Of a stretch of 64,000 bases of DNA, positions 53,566 through 62,361 are shown piece by piece. The position numbers and the translations under genes were made by a program. Origin of the DNA: an uncultured Aliarcobacter sp. (GTDB lineage: Bacteria; Campylobacterota; Campylobacteria; Campylobacterales; Arcobacteraceae). Numbering within the stretch: the first letter of the stretch is position 1; each line of letters starts with the position of its first letter. The notes below the pieces were generated by a model. The model searched no databases and was not told the DNA's origin. It was given only the letters and a program-made list of their open reading frames with translations. Location: positions 448,001 through 512,000 of the forward strand of contig OY781945.1 in assembly GCA_963677435.1 (NCBI GenBank). The letters run 5' to 3'.

Positions 53566-54708
53566 TTATATATCTATTGGAAGAATGGGATTACCATAAG
53601 GTTTTATATTATTAATAATTTCTGGTAAATGTATGATCGGTGAAACAATAATTGTTATGTTTTTATATAGAGATAAATCATCAATTTTTATAATTTTTAT
53701 GTTGTTTATTTCTAAAATGTCTAAATTTTTGTCTATTATTGCAAGTAAATTATTTTTTAAAAAAGGAAATATCAATTTCCCAAGCGAGCCATAACCATAT
53801 AAGATATATTTTTTGGATAAATCTATAGAATCAATAAAGTCATAAAAATTAATTAATGTTGAATATTTATATTCAATTGCATTATTATTTATATAATAAG
53901 TTAACAGTTCTTGAGCATTATAGTTATTTGTTAGAGTTAGAAGAGTCTTTTTTGAAAGTTTTTTCTTTCTCAAACCATAAAATCTAAAAAGCCAATCTTT
54001 TTTTTGTGTCAAATTCATTAAATATTTATATTTTTTGTAAAATTTTAAATATCCAGAGAATTTAATTTTTGATAGAGTTGATATTCTAGTTATATTATCA
54101 TCTTCATGTATGAGTTGTAAATACTCTTGAACAACCTTTACTTTTCCATATTTTAAAATAAGCCTTAACCACATATCATAATCTTGACAAGAAACTAATT
54201 TTTCATCGTACATATTGGCATTAATTATTCTTTGTTTTTCAATCAATCCTTGATTCATTAAAAGATTATCGACTAAAACATCATTTAATTCTATCTCTTC
54301 TTTTGGTTGTCTAAAAGATTTAATCCCACCTTTTTTTATCACAATATTCCATGAAGTAACAAAAGCATATTTCTCATCATAGTTTTTTAATAATACTTCA
54401 ATTCTATTTGGCATAAATTCATCATCATCATCAAGTCCGGCAATAAACTTACCTTTTGCAATATCAATAGCAATATTTCTTGATGGATTTGAACCAAGGG
54501 TCTTTTTATTGTGAATAACTTTAATTCTAGAATCTAATTTTTCAAACTCTTCTAGAATTTCTTTTGTATTATCTTCAGATGCATCATTTATTATTATTAT
54601 CTCTAAATTAGAGTATGTTTGATTTATTACTGAGCTGATAGCTCTTTTTAGGAGATCTTCTCTATTTTTTGTAGTTATAATAATTGATATTAATGGATTA
54701 TTTTTCAT
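53566..54708 (-). CDS. GT2 glycosyltransferase with C-terminal Rossmann-like domain
   Basis: ISIIITTKNR, INDASED, RN, GLDDDD, QDYDMWLR; C-terminal ILYGYGSLG. Confidence 0.9.
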   Translation of the reverse strand: MKNNPLISIIITTKNREDLLKRAISSVINQTYSNLEIIIINDASEDNTKEILEEFEKLDSRIKVIHNKKTLGSNPSRNIAIDIAKGKFIAGLDDDDEFMPNRIEVLLKNYDEKYAFVTSWNIVIKKGGIKSFRQPKEEIELNDVLVDNLLMNQGLIEKQRIINANMYDEKLVSCQDYDMWLRLILKYGKVKVVQEYLQLIHEDDNITRISTLSKIKFSGYLKFYKKYKYLMNLTQKKDWLFRFYGLRKKKLSKKTLLTLTNNYNAQELLTYYINNNAIEYKYSTLINFYDFIDSIDLSKKYILYGYGSLGKLIFPFLKNNLLAIIDKNLDILEINNIKIIKIDDLSLYKNITIIVSPIIHLPEIINNIKPYGNPILPIDI

Positions 54709-54713
54709 TCTAA

Positions 54714-55514
54714 TTAACTTTTTTTAAGATATGTACCAAAACCAATGAGTTTATTGATTTTATCTGATAAAGGAGACATAAATGCAACTTGTAATGTATC
54801 TCTTTGTCCTGAAATAACTTTATTTGCTTTATGCCATCCACCTGTAACATCTGCTATAATTACATCGCCTTTTTTCCCAGATATCTTTATAATCTTATCT
54901 CTATTATTTTCTATATATTTTGAAATATCTTTAATCTCTTTTTTATGGCTTCCTTTTATATATTCAAAAGGTCCTTGTTCTTCACCTACATCATTTAAAT
55001 ATACAATAAATCTAATCATACTTAAGCCACCACTGTCTTGATGCCAACTTTCATTCATCATAATTTTATGATTTTGAAGCTCGTTTCTTGGGTAAACCCT
55101 TTTTGTCCAATGTTGAATAGGCTTAAGCTTAGAGTGATTTAAATATTCACATATCTCTTTTATTTTAGTATTATTTACAATTTCATTTACATAACTATCC
55201 GTATCTTTGAAATCAAAAGAATAAATTAATCTTTTTGAATTATAATAAATTTGATCACTATCAATAGTCTTTATTTTAGTACTATATAATGATCCATTTT
55301 TGCAGATTTCTATAGTATCATCCACAACAGTAAGTATTTTGTCACACTCTTCTATAGAAAAAAAATTTGATAAAACAACTAGTCCATTTTTCTTATATTC
55401 ATTTAATAAAGGTTCATTCTTATAAGTGACTTTGAAAAATAGACTTTGAAATGATTGAAATATTTTTCTTGAAAGAACAGATTGTAATAGTTTTCGTTTA
55501 GTTGAATCTTTCAT
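54714..55514 (-). CDS. Fe(II)/2-oxoglutarate dioxygenase, PhyH family
   Basis: WHQD (HxD), VYLNDV...GPFEYIKGSH, GDVII...WH...R. Confidence 0.85.
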   Translation of the reverse strand: MKDSTKRKLLQSVLSRKIFQSFQSLFFKVTYKNEPLLNEYKKNGLVVLSNFFSIEECDKILTVVDDTIEICKNGSLYSTKIKTIDSDQIYYNSKRLIYSFDFKDTDSYVNEIVNNTKIKEICEYLNHSKLKPIQHWTKRVYPRNELQNHKIMMNESWHQDSGGLSMIRFIVYLNDVGEEQGPFEYIKGSHKKEIKDISKYIENNRDKIIKISGKKGDVIIADVTGGWHKANKVISGQRDTLQVAFMSPLSDKINKLIGFGTYLKKS

Positions 55515-55515
55515 A

Positions 55516-56463
55516 TTATTTATTCACAATATTAAAAGGTTCTAAGCCTTCTAAAATTCTTTTTGCATTTAGAGCAGCTTTTTCTCTCATTTCAAAATAT
55601 GCTTTATCACTATAATATGCTGTATGTGGATTTAATATGAATCGACCATCCAGCCACTCTTCCTTTTCTCTCCAAGCATTTATTAAAAGAGAATCTTTAG
55701 GAGGTTCATTTGGAATTACATCTAATGCTACATTTGATAATTTACCACTTCTTAATGCCTCATAAAAAACATCAATATCCTTTATTATTCCACCCCGTGC
55801 AGTATTAACTAAAGAACTCCCATCTTTCATATTATTTATAAACTTTTGATTAATCATTCCTTTTGTTTCATCTGATAAAGGGCAATTAATAGAGATGATA
55901 TCGCAAGTTTCAAGTAATTCTTCTAATGTATCTGTTCTTTTAGTGTTTAACATTTTTTCATGTCCTCTTGGTACATAAGGATCATAAAAATAGGTATTAA
56001 ATCTAAGAGCATTTGCTTTTAAAAGTACACTAGCTCCAATTCTTCCAGCACCAATCACTCCAAGTTTATAATCAGAAGTTCTTTTTATTGATGTAATCGT
56101 ATTTTCTTGCCAAGTATTAGTATAACTTCTACATTGATAATCATATCGTGTAATACCTCTTGCTATATTAATAATCATAGCAATTGCTGTATCACTAACC
56201 TCTTCTGTTCCATAATCAGGAGTATTACAAACATAAATATTTTTACTTTTTGCATATTCTAAATCTATCGCATCATAACCAACACCATATCTTACTATTC
56301 CTTTAAGATTTGGAAGATGTTCAATATACTCTTTTGTAATATGTTCATGCCAGACTAAAAGAACTTCTATATTTTTATTTAATTGATAAGATAACTCTGA
56401 TTTTAAAACTTCTTTTTCAATATATGGATTATCAATATAATCAGTAATATAAACTCTATTCAT
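55516..56463 (-). CDS. D-isomer-specific 2-hydroxyacid dehydrogenase (CtBP/SerA-like)
   Basis: RYGVGYDAID, NTPDYGTEEV, GVIGAGRIG, VNTARG, LDV..EP, NPHTAYYS; start set at ATG 56463. Confidence 0.9.
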   Translation of the reverse strand: MNRVYITDYIDNPYIEKEVLKSELSYQLNKNIEVLLVWHEHITKEYIEHLPNLKGIVRYGVGYDAIDLEYAKSKNIYVCNTPDYGTEEVSDTAIAMIINIARGITRYDYQCRSYTNTWQENTITSIKRTSDYKLGVIGAGRIGASVLLKANALRFNTYFYDPYVPRGHEKMLNTKRTDTLEELLETCDIISINCPLSDETKGMINQKFINNMKDGSSLVNTARGGIIKDIDVFYEALRSGKLSNVALDVIPNEPPKDSLLINAWREKEEWLDGRFILNPHTAYYSDKAYFEMREKAALNAKRILEGLEPFNIVNK

Positions 56464-57238
56464 TTTTTGTAACCTTATCAAAATGTGTTTTTATTTCAAG
56501 ATATGAATTTCTTAACATTTCACAATCTACCAAATGTACAATATATTTTATTCCAATATTGATGAATGAAGTAATTTTATCTTTTGAAGTTGTTATTGTA
56601 CCTGCATATTTACCTGCATTATTAATTTTTGATGTTAATTCTTCTAAATAATCAAGTACTCTTTGATTATTTACATCACCAGGAATACCTAATGCTTTTG
56701 ATAAATCAAATAAGCCAATAAATATAATATCAAGCTCTTTGATTTGAAGAATAGAATCAATTTCATCGATTGCTTCTTTCCCTTCTATATTTATGGCAAT
56801 TAATATATTTTCATTAGCTTTTTGTGTAAGTGAAGTACTATTTTGTATAGAGTAATTTCCTGCTCTTGTAAAAGGAGAAAAACCTCTTTTCCCAATTGGT
56901 GGATATTTAGCAAAACTTATTAATTGTTCCACATCTTTTTTTGTATTAATATTTGGTATTTGGATACAATGAACTCCTATATCAAGAGCTTTTAGGATAT
57001 CTACTTCATTTATATTTCCCACTCTCATGACAGGAGAAACTTTTCTTGATTCACATACAATTGCCATGTTTTGTGCTGTTTCAAAAGATATGGGACCATG
57101 TTCCGCATCAATAATTATAAAATCAACTCCACTACTGGCAATTATATCTGTTGTTATTGTAGATGGAATTATAGACCAAGTTCCAAGTACTGATTTACCA
57201 TTTTCTAATTTTTGTTTTAAAAAATTTGTTTTTAACAT
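56456..57238 (-). CDS. HpcH/HpaI class II pyruvate aldolase
   Basis: DFIIIDAEHGP, VMRV, ALDIG, KYPPIGKRG, NIE, FIGLFDLSKALG; start at the TAATG overlap (57238). Confidence 0.9.
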   Translation of the reverse strand: MLKTNFLKQKLENGKSVLGTWSIIPSTITTDIIASSGVDFIIIDAEHGPISFETAQNMAIVCESRKVSPVMRVGNINEVDILKALDIGVHCIQIPNINTKKDVEQLISFAKYPPIGKRGFSPFTRAGNYSIQNSTSLTQKANENILIAINIEGKEAIDEIDSILQIKELDIIFIGLFDLSKALGIPGDVNNQRVLDYLEELTSKINNAGKYAGTITTSKDKITSFINIGIKYIVHLVDCEMLRNSYLEIKTHFDKVTKNE

Positions 57239-57984
57239 TATAATTCCCACGGAATATTATTTTCAGTAAAACCATGCTTTTTAAGCCAATATTCTAAAAC
57301 AACAGCTTGCCATTCTGAATCTATATCAAAACCAAAATCAGTTTCAATAGCTTTTGATTTTTTACCTTGCCATTTAAAAGGTAATTGTCCTTGATCCATC
57401 TCTTCAAAACATATAGGTTTCATTACTTGTATTGATAAATCACAAAAATAAGTTGAACCTTGAGAATCTCTAATTGAAGAAACATTATCAATGTATTTTA
57501 AATCAACAAATGGATGCATCTCTCCATTTGAATCAATTTTTCTAGCTCTTGCAGGAGAGAACATATCATATTTTGCTACTGAAAAACAAGAGTCAAATTC
57601 TTGTGTTTTTGAAGTAAAACTTATAGCTTCTTTTAATAAATTCACATTAATTGCAGGGTTATTACAAAATAATAGAGATATGGTTTCAATTTTATTATTT
57701 GGACCTATATCTCTTTTTATATATTCATAAGCATGTAATAATGCATCTTCAGTTAAAGAATCAGGTAAAGCCATATGCTTAGGTCTTAAAATATGAATTG
57801 CATTGTAGGGTTTACCAATTTCTGCAATTTCTAAAGAATCCGTTGAAACATAAATCTTGTCACATTTTGCATATTTTGCTGCAATATATGCATACTCTGC
57901 TGCTGGTCTACCTAATATTTGTCTAATGTTTTTACCAGGAACCCCTGTACTTTTATCTTTTCCTATAATTAATGCTATATTCAT
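57238..57984 (-). CDS. Divergent NeuA/KdsB-like cytidylyltransferase
   Basis: IALIIGKDKSTGVPGKN, IYVSTDS, ILRP, FDIDSEWQ. Confidence 0.82.
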   Translation of the reverse strand: MNIALIIGKDKSTGVPGKNIRQILGRPAAEYAYIAAKYAKCDKIYVSTDSLEIAEIGKPYNAIHILRPKHMALPDSLTEDALLHAYEYIKRDIGPNNKIETISLLFCNNPAINVNLLKEAISFTSKTQEFDSCFSVAKYDMFSPARARKIDSNGEMHPFVDLKYIDNVSSIRDSQGSTYFCDLSIQVMKPICFEEMDQGQLPFKWQGKKSKAIETDFGFDIDSEWQAVVLEYWLKKHGFTENNIPWEL

Positions 57985-57985
57985 T

Positions 57986-59032
57986 TTAGCCTTTCATTTT
58001 ATCTGATATAAATTTAACTTGATCACATACTCTACTTGCGTATCCCCATTCATTGTCATACCATAAAACGAGTTTTAACATATTCCCTTGTATTAAGTTT
58101 GTAAATCGGTGATCAACATTGGCAGAAAATTCTGAAGCTTTGAAATCTAGAGAAACTAAAGGTTCAAAATTATTATTAATAATATCCCATTTCTGAGAAT
58201 TAGAATATTGTTCAAAAACATCTACAATTTCTTTTTTAGAGGTATTTCTTTTTAACAGAAGTGTTAAATCTGCACTACCAACAATATGAGTTGGTGTTCT
58301 CATTGAATAAGAACCAATATTATCAGCTGAAATATCTTCAACAACTTTAGCACAAGCATCTAATGCAGAAGTAGGTTTTGGTATCATATTTCCAACCGCT
58401 GATCTTCCTAACGCAAAATGATGATAAATTTCACCAGGAACGGACCAAGAGCTAGCAGGTCCATCCATTAAATTTTGATATCCAAGCCAAGGATGCAATG
58501 TTGTTAAATGCCCAGAGGTTATTCCAAAATTTTCTTTTATAATTTTTATCACAGGACCAATTGCTGTTGCATCACAAATACTTGATGATATGACATGATG
58601 TTTTGAAAGATCAAGTTTATCTTCATTTGCACCTAATACTAATGTAAAGTCTACATTATTTGGAGAGTGAGTTATAATCACTTTTTTTACAGATTGTTTT
58701 TCAATGCTATCCTTAGCTCTAATTACATTATCTAAAATACCTGAAGCATCTATAATAATATCAATATCTTTTGATTTCCAATTTACTTCATCAATATGCT
58801 TCTGATGAAAAATTTCTATATCATAATCGTTATTATACATGTGATTTTTATCAATTTTAAATTTATCTTTTAATTGATCATATAAAGTATCATAATTTAG
58901 TTGATAAGCAATATTCTCATTATCGGGATTTATATCATTTATTGCAACAATTTCAAATAATTTTTTGTTCATATTTGTTCTAAATATTGCTCTTCCTATT
59001 CTTCCAAAACCATTAATTCCAATTCTTAACAT
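57986..59032 (-). CDS. Divergent GAPDH/erythrose-4-phosphate dehydrogenase family protein
   Basis: IGINGFGRIGR, AIND, catalytic Cys in SSICDAT, TTLH, WYDNEWGY. Confidence 0.88.
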   Translation of the reverse strand: MLRIGINGFGRIGRAIFRTNMNKKLFEIVAINDINPDNENIAYQLNYDTLYDQLKDKFKIDKNHMYNNDYDIEIFHQKHIDEVNWKSKDIDIIIDASGILDNVIRAKDSIEKQSVKKVIITHSPNNVDFTLVLGANEDKLDLSKHHVISSSICDATAIGPVIKIIKENFGITSGHLTTLHPWLGYQNLMDGPASSWSVPGEIYHHFALGRSAVGNMIPKPTSALDACAKVVEDISADNIGSYSMRTPTHIVGSADLTLLLKRNTSKKEIVDVFEQYSNSQKWDIINNNFEPLVSLDFKASEFSANVDHRFTNLIQGNMLKLVLWYDNEWGYASRVCDQVKFISDKMKG

Positions 59033-59655
59033 TTTATTTCCATATTTAACTCTTCAAAATCTTTTATTAATTTTATATTTGATTTTTCTTTAAAAAAATC
59101 TGACCAATTTGAAAATTGAGTATATCCAAACATAAATATAAAGTCATAATTATAGTGTATTGCAATTTCATAATCAATTTTGCTATCTCCAATATAAAGA
59201 GTTTTTCCTTTTATATTAGAATTATTTATATTTTCATATTTTGTTAGAGGTGCACCCATAATATTTTTAAATCTTTGAAAAAGATGTTTTTCTTTTAAAA
59301 AAGTTATTATTTCTTTTTTATCTCCACCTGATAAAATATAAGGTTTAATATTTAGTAAATTTAAAAAACATTCAAATCCGTTTGTAAATACGCAATTCTT
59401 TAAATCAATTTCTAATTTTTCATTATATTTAAGTAATATTTTTTTAGCAATTTTATCCTCAAAATAAGTAGAAATTTTTATCTCTCGAGGAAGACCATTA
59501 TTTTGTGTAAAGTAATTAACAAATTCTATTGATTTATTTTTATTTGCATATTCTTGAACACAATTATATATAGCATCTTTTTTTATATTATTACTATCTA
59601 AAATAACCCCATCAAAATCTAGGATTATATTTTTATAGGATTTAAAATTAAACAT
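59026..59655 (-). CDS. HAD-superfamily phosphatase
   Basis: ILDFDGVILDS, ILSGG, YIGDS..D; start set at ATG 59655 behind AGGA. Confidence 0.88.
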   Translation of the reverse strand: MFNFKSYKNIILDFDGVILDSNNIKKDAIYNCVQEYANKNKSIEFVNYFTQNNGLPREIKISTYFEDKIAKKILLKYNEKLEIDLKNCVFTNGFECFLNLLNIKPYILSGGDKKEIITFLKEKHLFQRFKNIMGAPLTKYENINNSNIKGKTLYIGDSKIDYEIAIHYNYDFIFMFGYTQFSNWSDFFKEKSNIKLIKDFEELNMEIKC

Positions 59656-60595
59656 TAAATATCCTAGAAAATAAGGAAGCATCAACTCTTTTTATCTCAT
59701 ATTTCTTGATAGAATCAGAATTGATTTTATCTTTTGTTGTAAATGCATAATCTAAATTAATAGATTTTACATAATCTAAAACATTTTGATTATATGTACC
59801 AAAAGGGTAAGAAAAAGAGTTTATTGTTTGATTAATATTATTTCTTAGAAAATTAAAGCTAGTGGTAATTTCATCTTCTAATTCTATTTTATTTAAATAT
59901 TCTAAATATGGATGAGTATGAGAATGCCCACCAATAATCATATCCTTTGAATGCATCTCTTTTAAATTGTTGATATTCATATAATATCGATTTATAAAAG
60001 TGTTATCAAAATTACTTTCAAATATTTTGTTTATAATATTTTCTATTTCACTTTTTGTTAGAATAGAATTTCTTATTTTCCTAAAAAATCTCTCTTCATT
60101 TGTATAATAACTACATTCTTTTAGAAAATCTTTACTATTCTTTATATTTGTTTGATTTGGTTCAATTAATGATAACTTCTTTTTATCTAGTAGATTTTTT
60201 GAGTTTTCATAAAAAAGTTCTAAAAACTCTTCATATGTATCAACAATACAATATTGTGAAACTCTTTGTTTTTCTAGGAAATGAATTTTATTATCACTTA
60301 ATGGAATAGTTGGAACAAAAAAACTTCCAGTCAATCCATATTCTTTTAAAATAGGTAAAACATTTGTATAATGCTGTTTAAAACCATCATCAAAAGTTAA
60401 ATAAAATGATTTCTTTGGTAGAGGTTTTTTGTTATTGAAAAAATTTAGTAAATCTTGATGGGTAATAGGTTTAAAGTGTTTCAACATATATTCTATTTGA
60501 TATTTAAATTCGTTGGTTGTTAATCCTTTTAGATTTTTAAATATTCTATCATCATTTTCCGAGTGAACATAATGATACATTAAACAAATGAACAT
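59648..60595 (-). CDS. NodB-type polysaccharide deacetylase family protein
   Basis: LMYHYV, LTFDDG, IGGHSHTHP, FSYPFG, RVD. Confidence 0.9.
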   Translation of the reverse strand: MFICLMYHYVHSENDDRIFKNLKGLTTNEFKYQIEYMLKHFKPITHQDLLNFFNNKKPLPKKSFYLTFDDGFKQHYTNVLPILKEYGLTGSFFVPTIPLSDNKIHFLEKQRVSQYCIVDTYEEFLELFYENSKNLLDKKKLSLIEPNQTNIKNSKDFLKECSYYTNEERFFRKIRNSILTKSEIENIINKIFESNFDNTFINRYYMNINNLKEMHSKDMIIGGHSHTHPYLEYLNKIELEDEITTSFNFLRNNINQTINSFSYPFGTYNQNVLDYVKSINLDYAFTTKDKINSDSIKKYEIKRVDASLFSRIFNV

Positions 60596-60598
60596 TTA

Positions 60599-61567
60599 TT
60601 AAGCCTTTTTTCTTAATATATATAGAAATGAAGAAGCATTATTTGGATTTATATCTTCTTGATAAAAATCAACTAAAACCTTATAAAAAGTATCTACGAA
60701 TTCATTCTTTATTTCAAACCAAGCATCTTTATCTGTAACATTATTTGACATTTTTACTAATAATGGAGTTAAAAATCTAAGTCCTATAGACCAAATAGCA
60801 ACTAAATTATTATTAAGAGTAGGTATCTTTTCTTCAATAATAAAATCATTCTTTTTTATTATTGCTTCCCAAGAATTTTCTTCTAATAAATTTGGAAAAA
60901 TATTTCTCATATTTCTTTCTATATATGATGAAAAGTTAATAGGATAAGTTTGCTCTACTGATTCATAAAATCTTTTAAAATAATCAGTTTTAATGTTGAG
61001 TATCACTTTTCCTGAATCTTTTAATATAAAATTTAAAGTATTGAAAAAAGAATCTAAATTTTGATACATATACGCAGAAGAAAATATTGAAATGGTATCA
61101 AACATTTGTTCTTTAAATAATAGTTGATTATCAGTTTTGTAATGTTTTAAAGAATCATCTCTATTTAAAGAGAAAGAATCTTTTGAAATATACTTATATA
61201 AATTAGAGTAAATATTTAATTTATTTGCTTTATATAACATTGTAGGATTAATATCTATGCCGTAATCATATTTTTTATTTGTATGTTTAGTAATTAAAGG
61301 GTTATATCTTTTATCTTCTATATTATATATATCTTCAGACTTAATAATAGATGATTTTATTGAAGTTGTTTCAAATATATTGAACTTATTATCAATTTCA
61401 CCATTATTTGCAATAAAAGAGAACAAACCATCTCCACAGCTTATATCAACACTTATTCCTTTTAAATAATCTAAAGGAAGATTTTTAGCTAATAAAGAAT
61501 TTAGTATGGCTGTTTCTGGTCTTAGCCAATAAATATGAAGAAATTTTTTTAAAAAGTCTTCATGCAT
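60599..61567 (-). CDS. Class I SAM-dependent methyltransferase-like protein
   Basis: WLRPETA, SVDISCGDGLFS, YGIDI, ILKDSG; start set at ATG 61567. Confidence 0.75.
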   Translation of the reverse strand: MHEDFLKKFLHIYWLRPETAILNSLLAKNLPLDYLKGISVDISCGDGLFSFIANNGEIDNKFNIFETTSIKSSIIKSEDIYNIEDKRYNPLITKHTNKKYDYGIDINPTMLYKANKLNIYSNLYKYISKDSFSLNRDDSLKHYKTDNQLLFKEQMFDTISIFSSAYMYQNLDSFFNTLNFILKDSGKVILNIKTDYFKRFYESVEQTYPINFSSYIERNMRNIFPNLLEENSWEAIIKKNDFIIEEKIPTLNNNLVAIWSIGLRFLTPLLVKMSNNVTDKDAWFEIKNEFVDTFYKVLVDFYQEDINPNNASSFLYILRKKA

Positions 61568-62360
61568 TGTAAATCCCATCTTTTATTAAAAGTATATTTT
61601 CTTTATTATTTTGGAAATGAGTGTTTATTCTTTCTAAAATATTTTTGTCTAAAGATTTTTGCTCAATGTGTGAGTTTATTCGTGCAACTTCTATATTTTT
61701 GCTTAAATAATCATACACATCAAGAATATCTGGAATATTTCCTTTAACATTATTATAAATATTTCTAATTAAATTATAATCATCACTTTCATCTAATGTT
61801 AATCTATTAAGCAAATTAAATTTATATAGATCTTCAACCTCAAGCTCTTTTACATTAAAAAAATCTTTATGTATTAACGGTCCCCAAATTTCTGTATCAA
61901 TCTCTTGCTTAATTGCACAAACAGTTTCTAATGCTTTTGCTTTTATTGCATAAATATTTACACCTATTGGCATCCCAACTGTAGTAATAAAATCTACATC
62001 AGAATTTTTTCTCAGATAATCTGATAATATATTTGCATGGTAAATAGAAAATAAAGGGTTATCTGCTGTAATACATATGACAAAATCAAAACCAAATAAT
62101 TTTGTAGCTGATTTTAATCGCTCAAGCACATCTTCATCACTCCCATTATAGTAATAAATATTTTCTTCTTGGGCAATTCTTACTAATGGTAAATCTTGAT
62201 TGTGTTCAGATGTACATAATACAATATCATCGCATTCAACTACTTCTTTTGCCCTATCAATTACTCTTTTTATTACGGTTTTACCATTTAAAGGCTTTAG
62301 TAATTTTAATTTTAATCTACTTGATTTTAATCTTGCTGTTATTAAAAAACCTATTTTCAT
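61560..62360 (-). CDS. SpsF-type cytidylyltransferase
   Basis: ITARLKSSRL, LCTS...D, GSDEDVLER, ITADNPL, RLTLDESDDY. Confidence 0.88.
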   Translation of the reverse strand: MKIGFLITARLKSSRLKLKLLKPLNGKTVIKRVIDRAKEVVECDDIVLCTSEHNQDLPLVRIAQEENIYYYNGSDEDVLERLKSATKLFGFDFVICITADNPLFSIYHANILSDYLRKNSDVDFITTVGMPIGVNIYAIKAKALETVCAIKQEIDTEIWGPLIHKDFFNVKELEVEDLYKFNLLNRLTLDESDDYNLIRNIYNNVKGNIPDILDVYDYLSKNIEVARINSHIEQKSLDKNILERINTHFQNNKENILLIKDGIYNA

Positions 62361-62361
62361 T

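Noticed and set aside
57986..59032. Annotating this as glycolytic gapA
   Set aside because: The active-site signature is altered and the context is a glycan operon with no pgk or tpi
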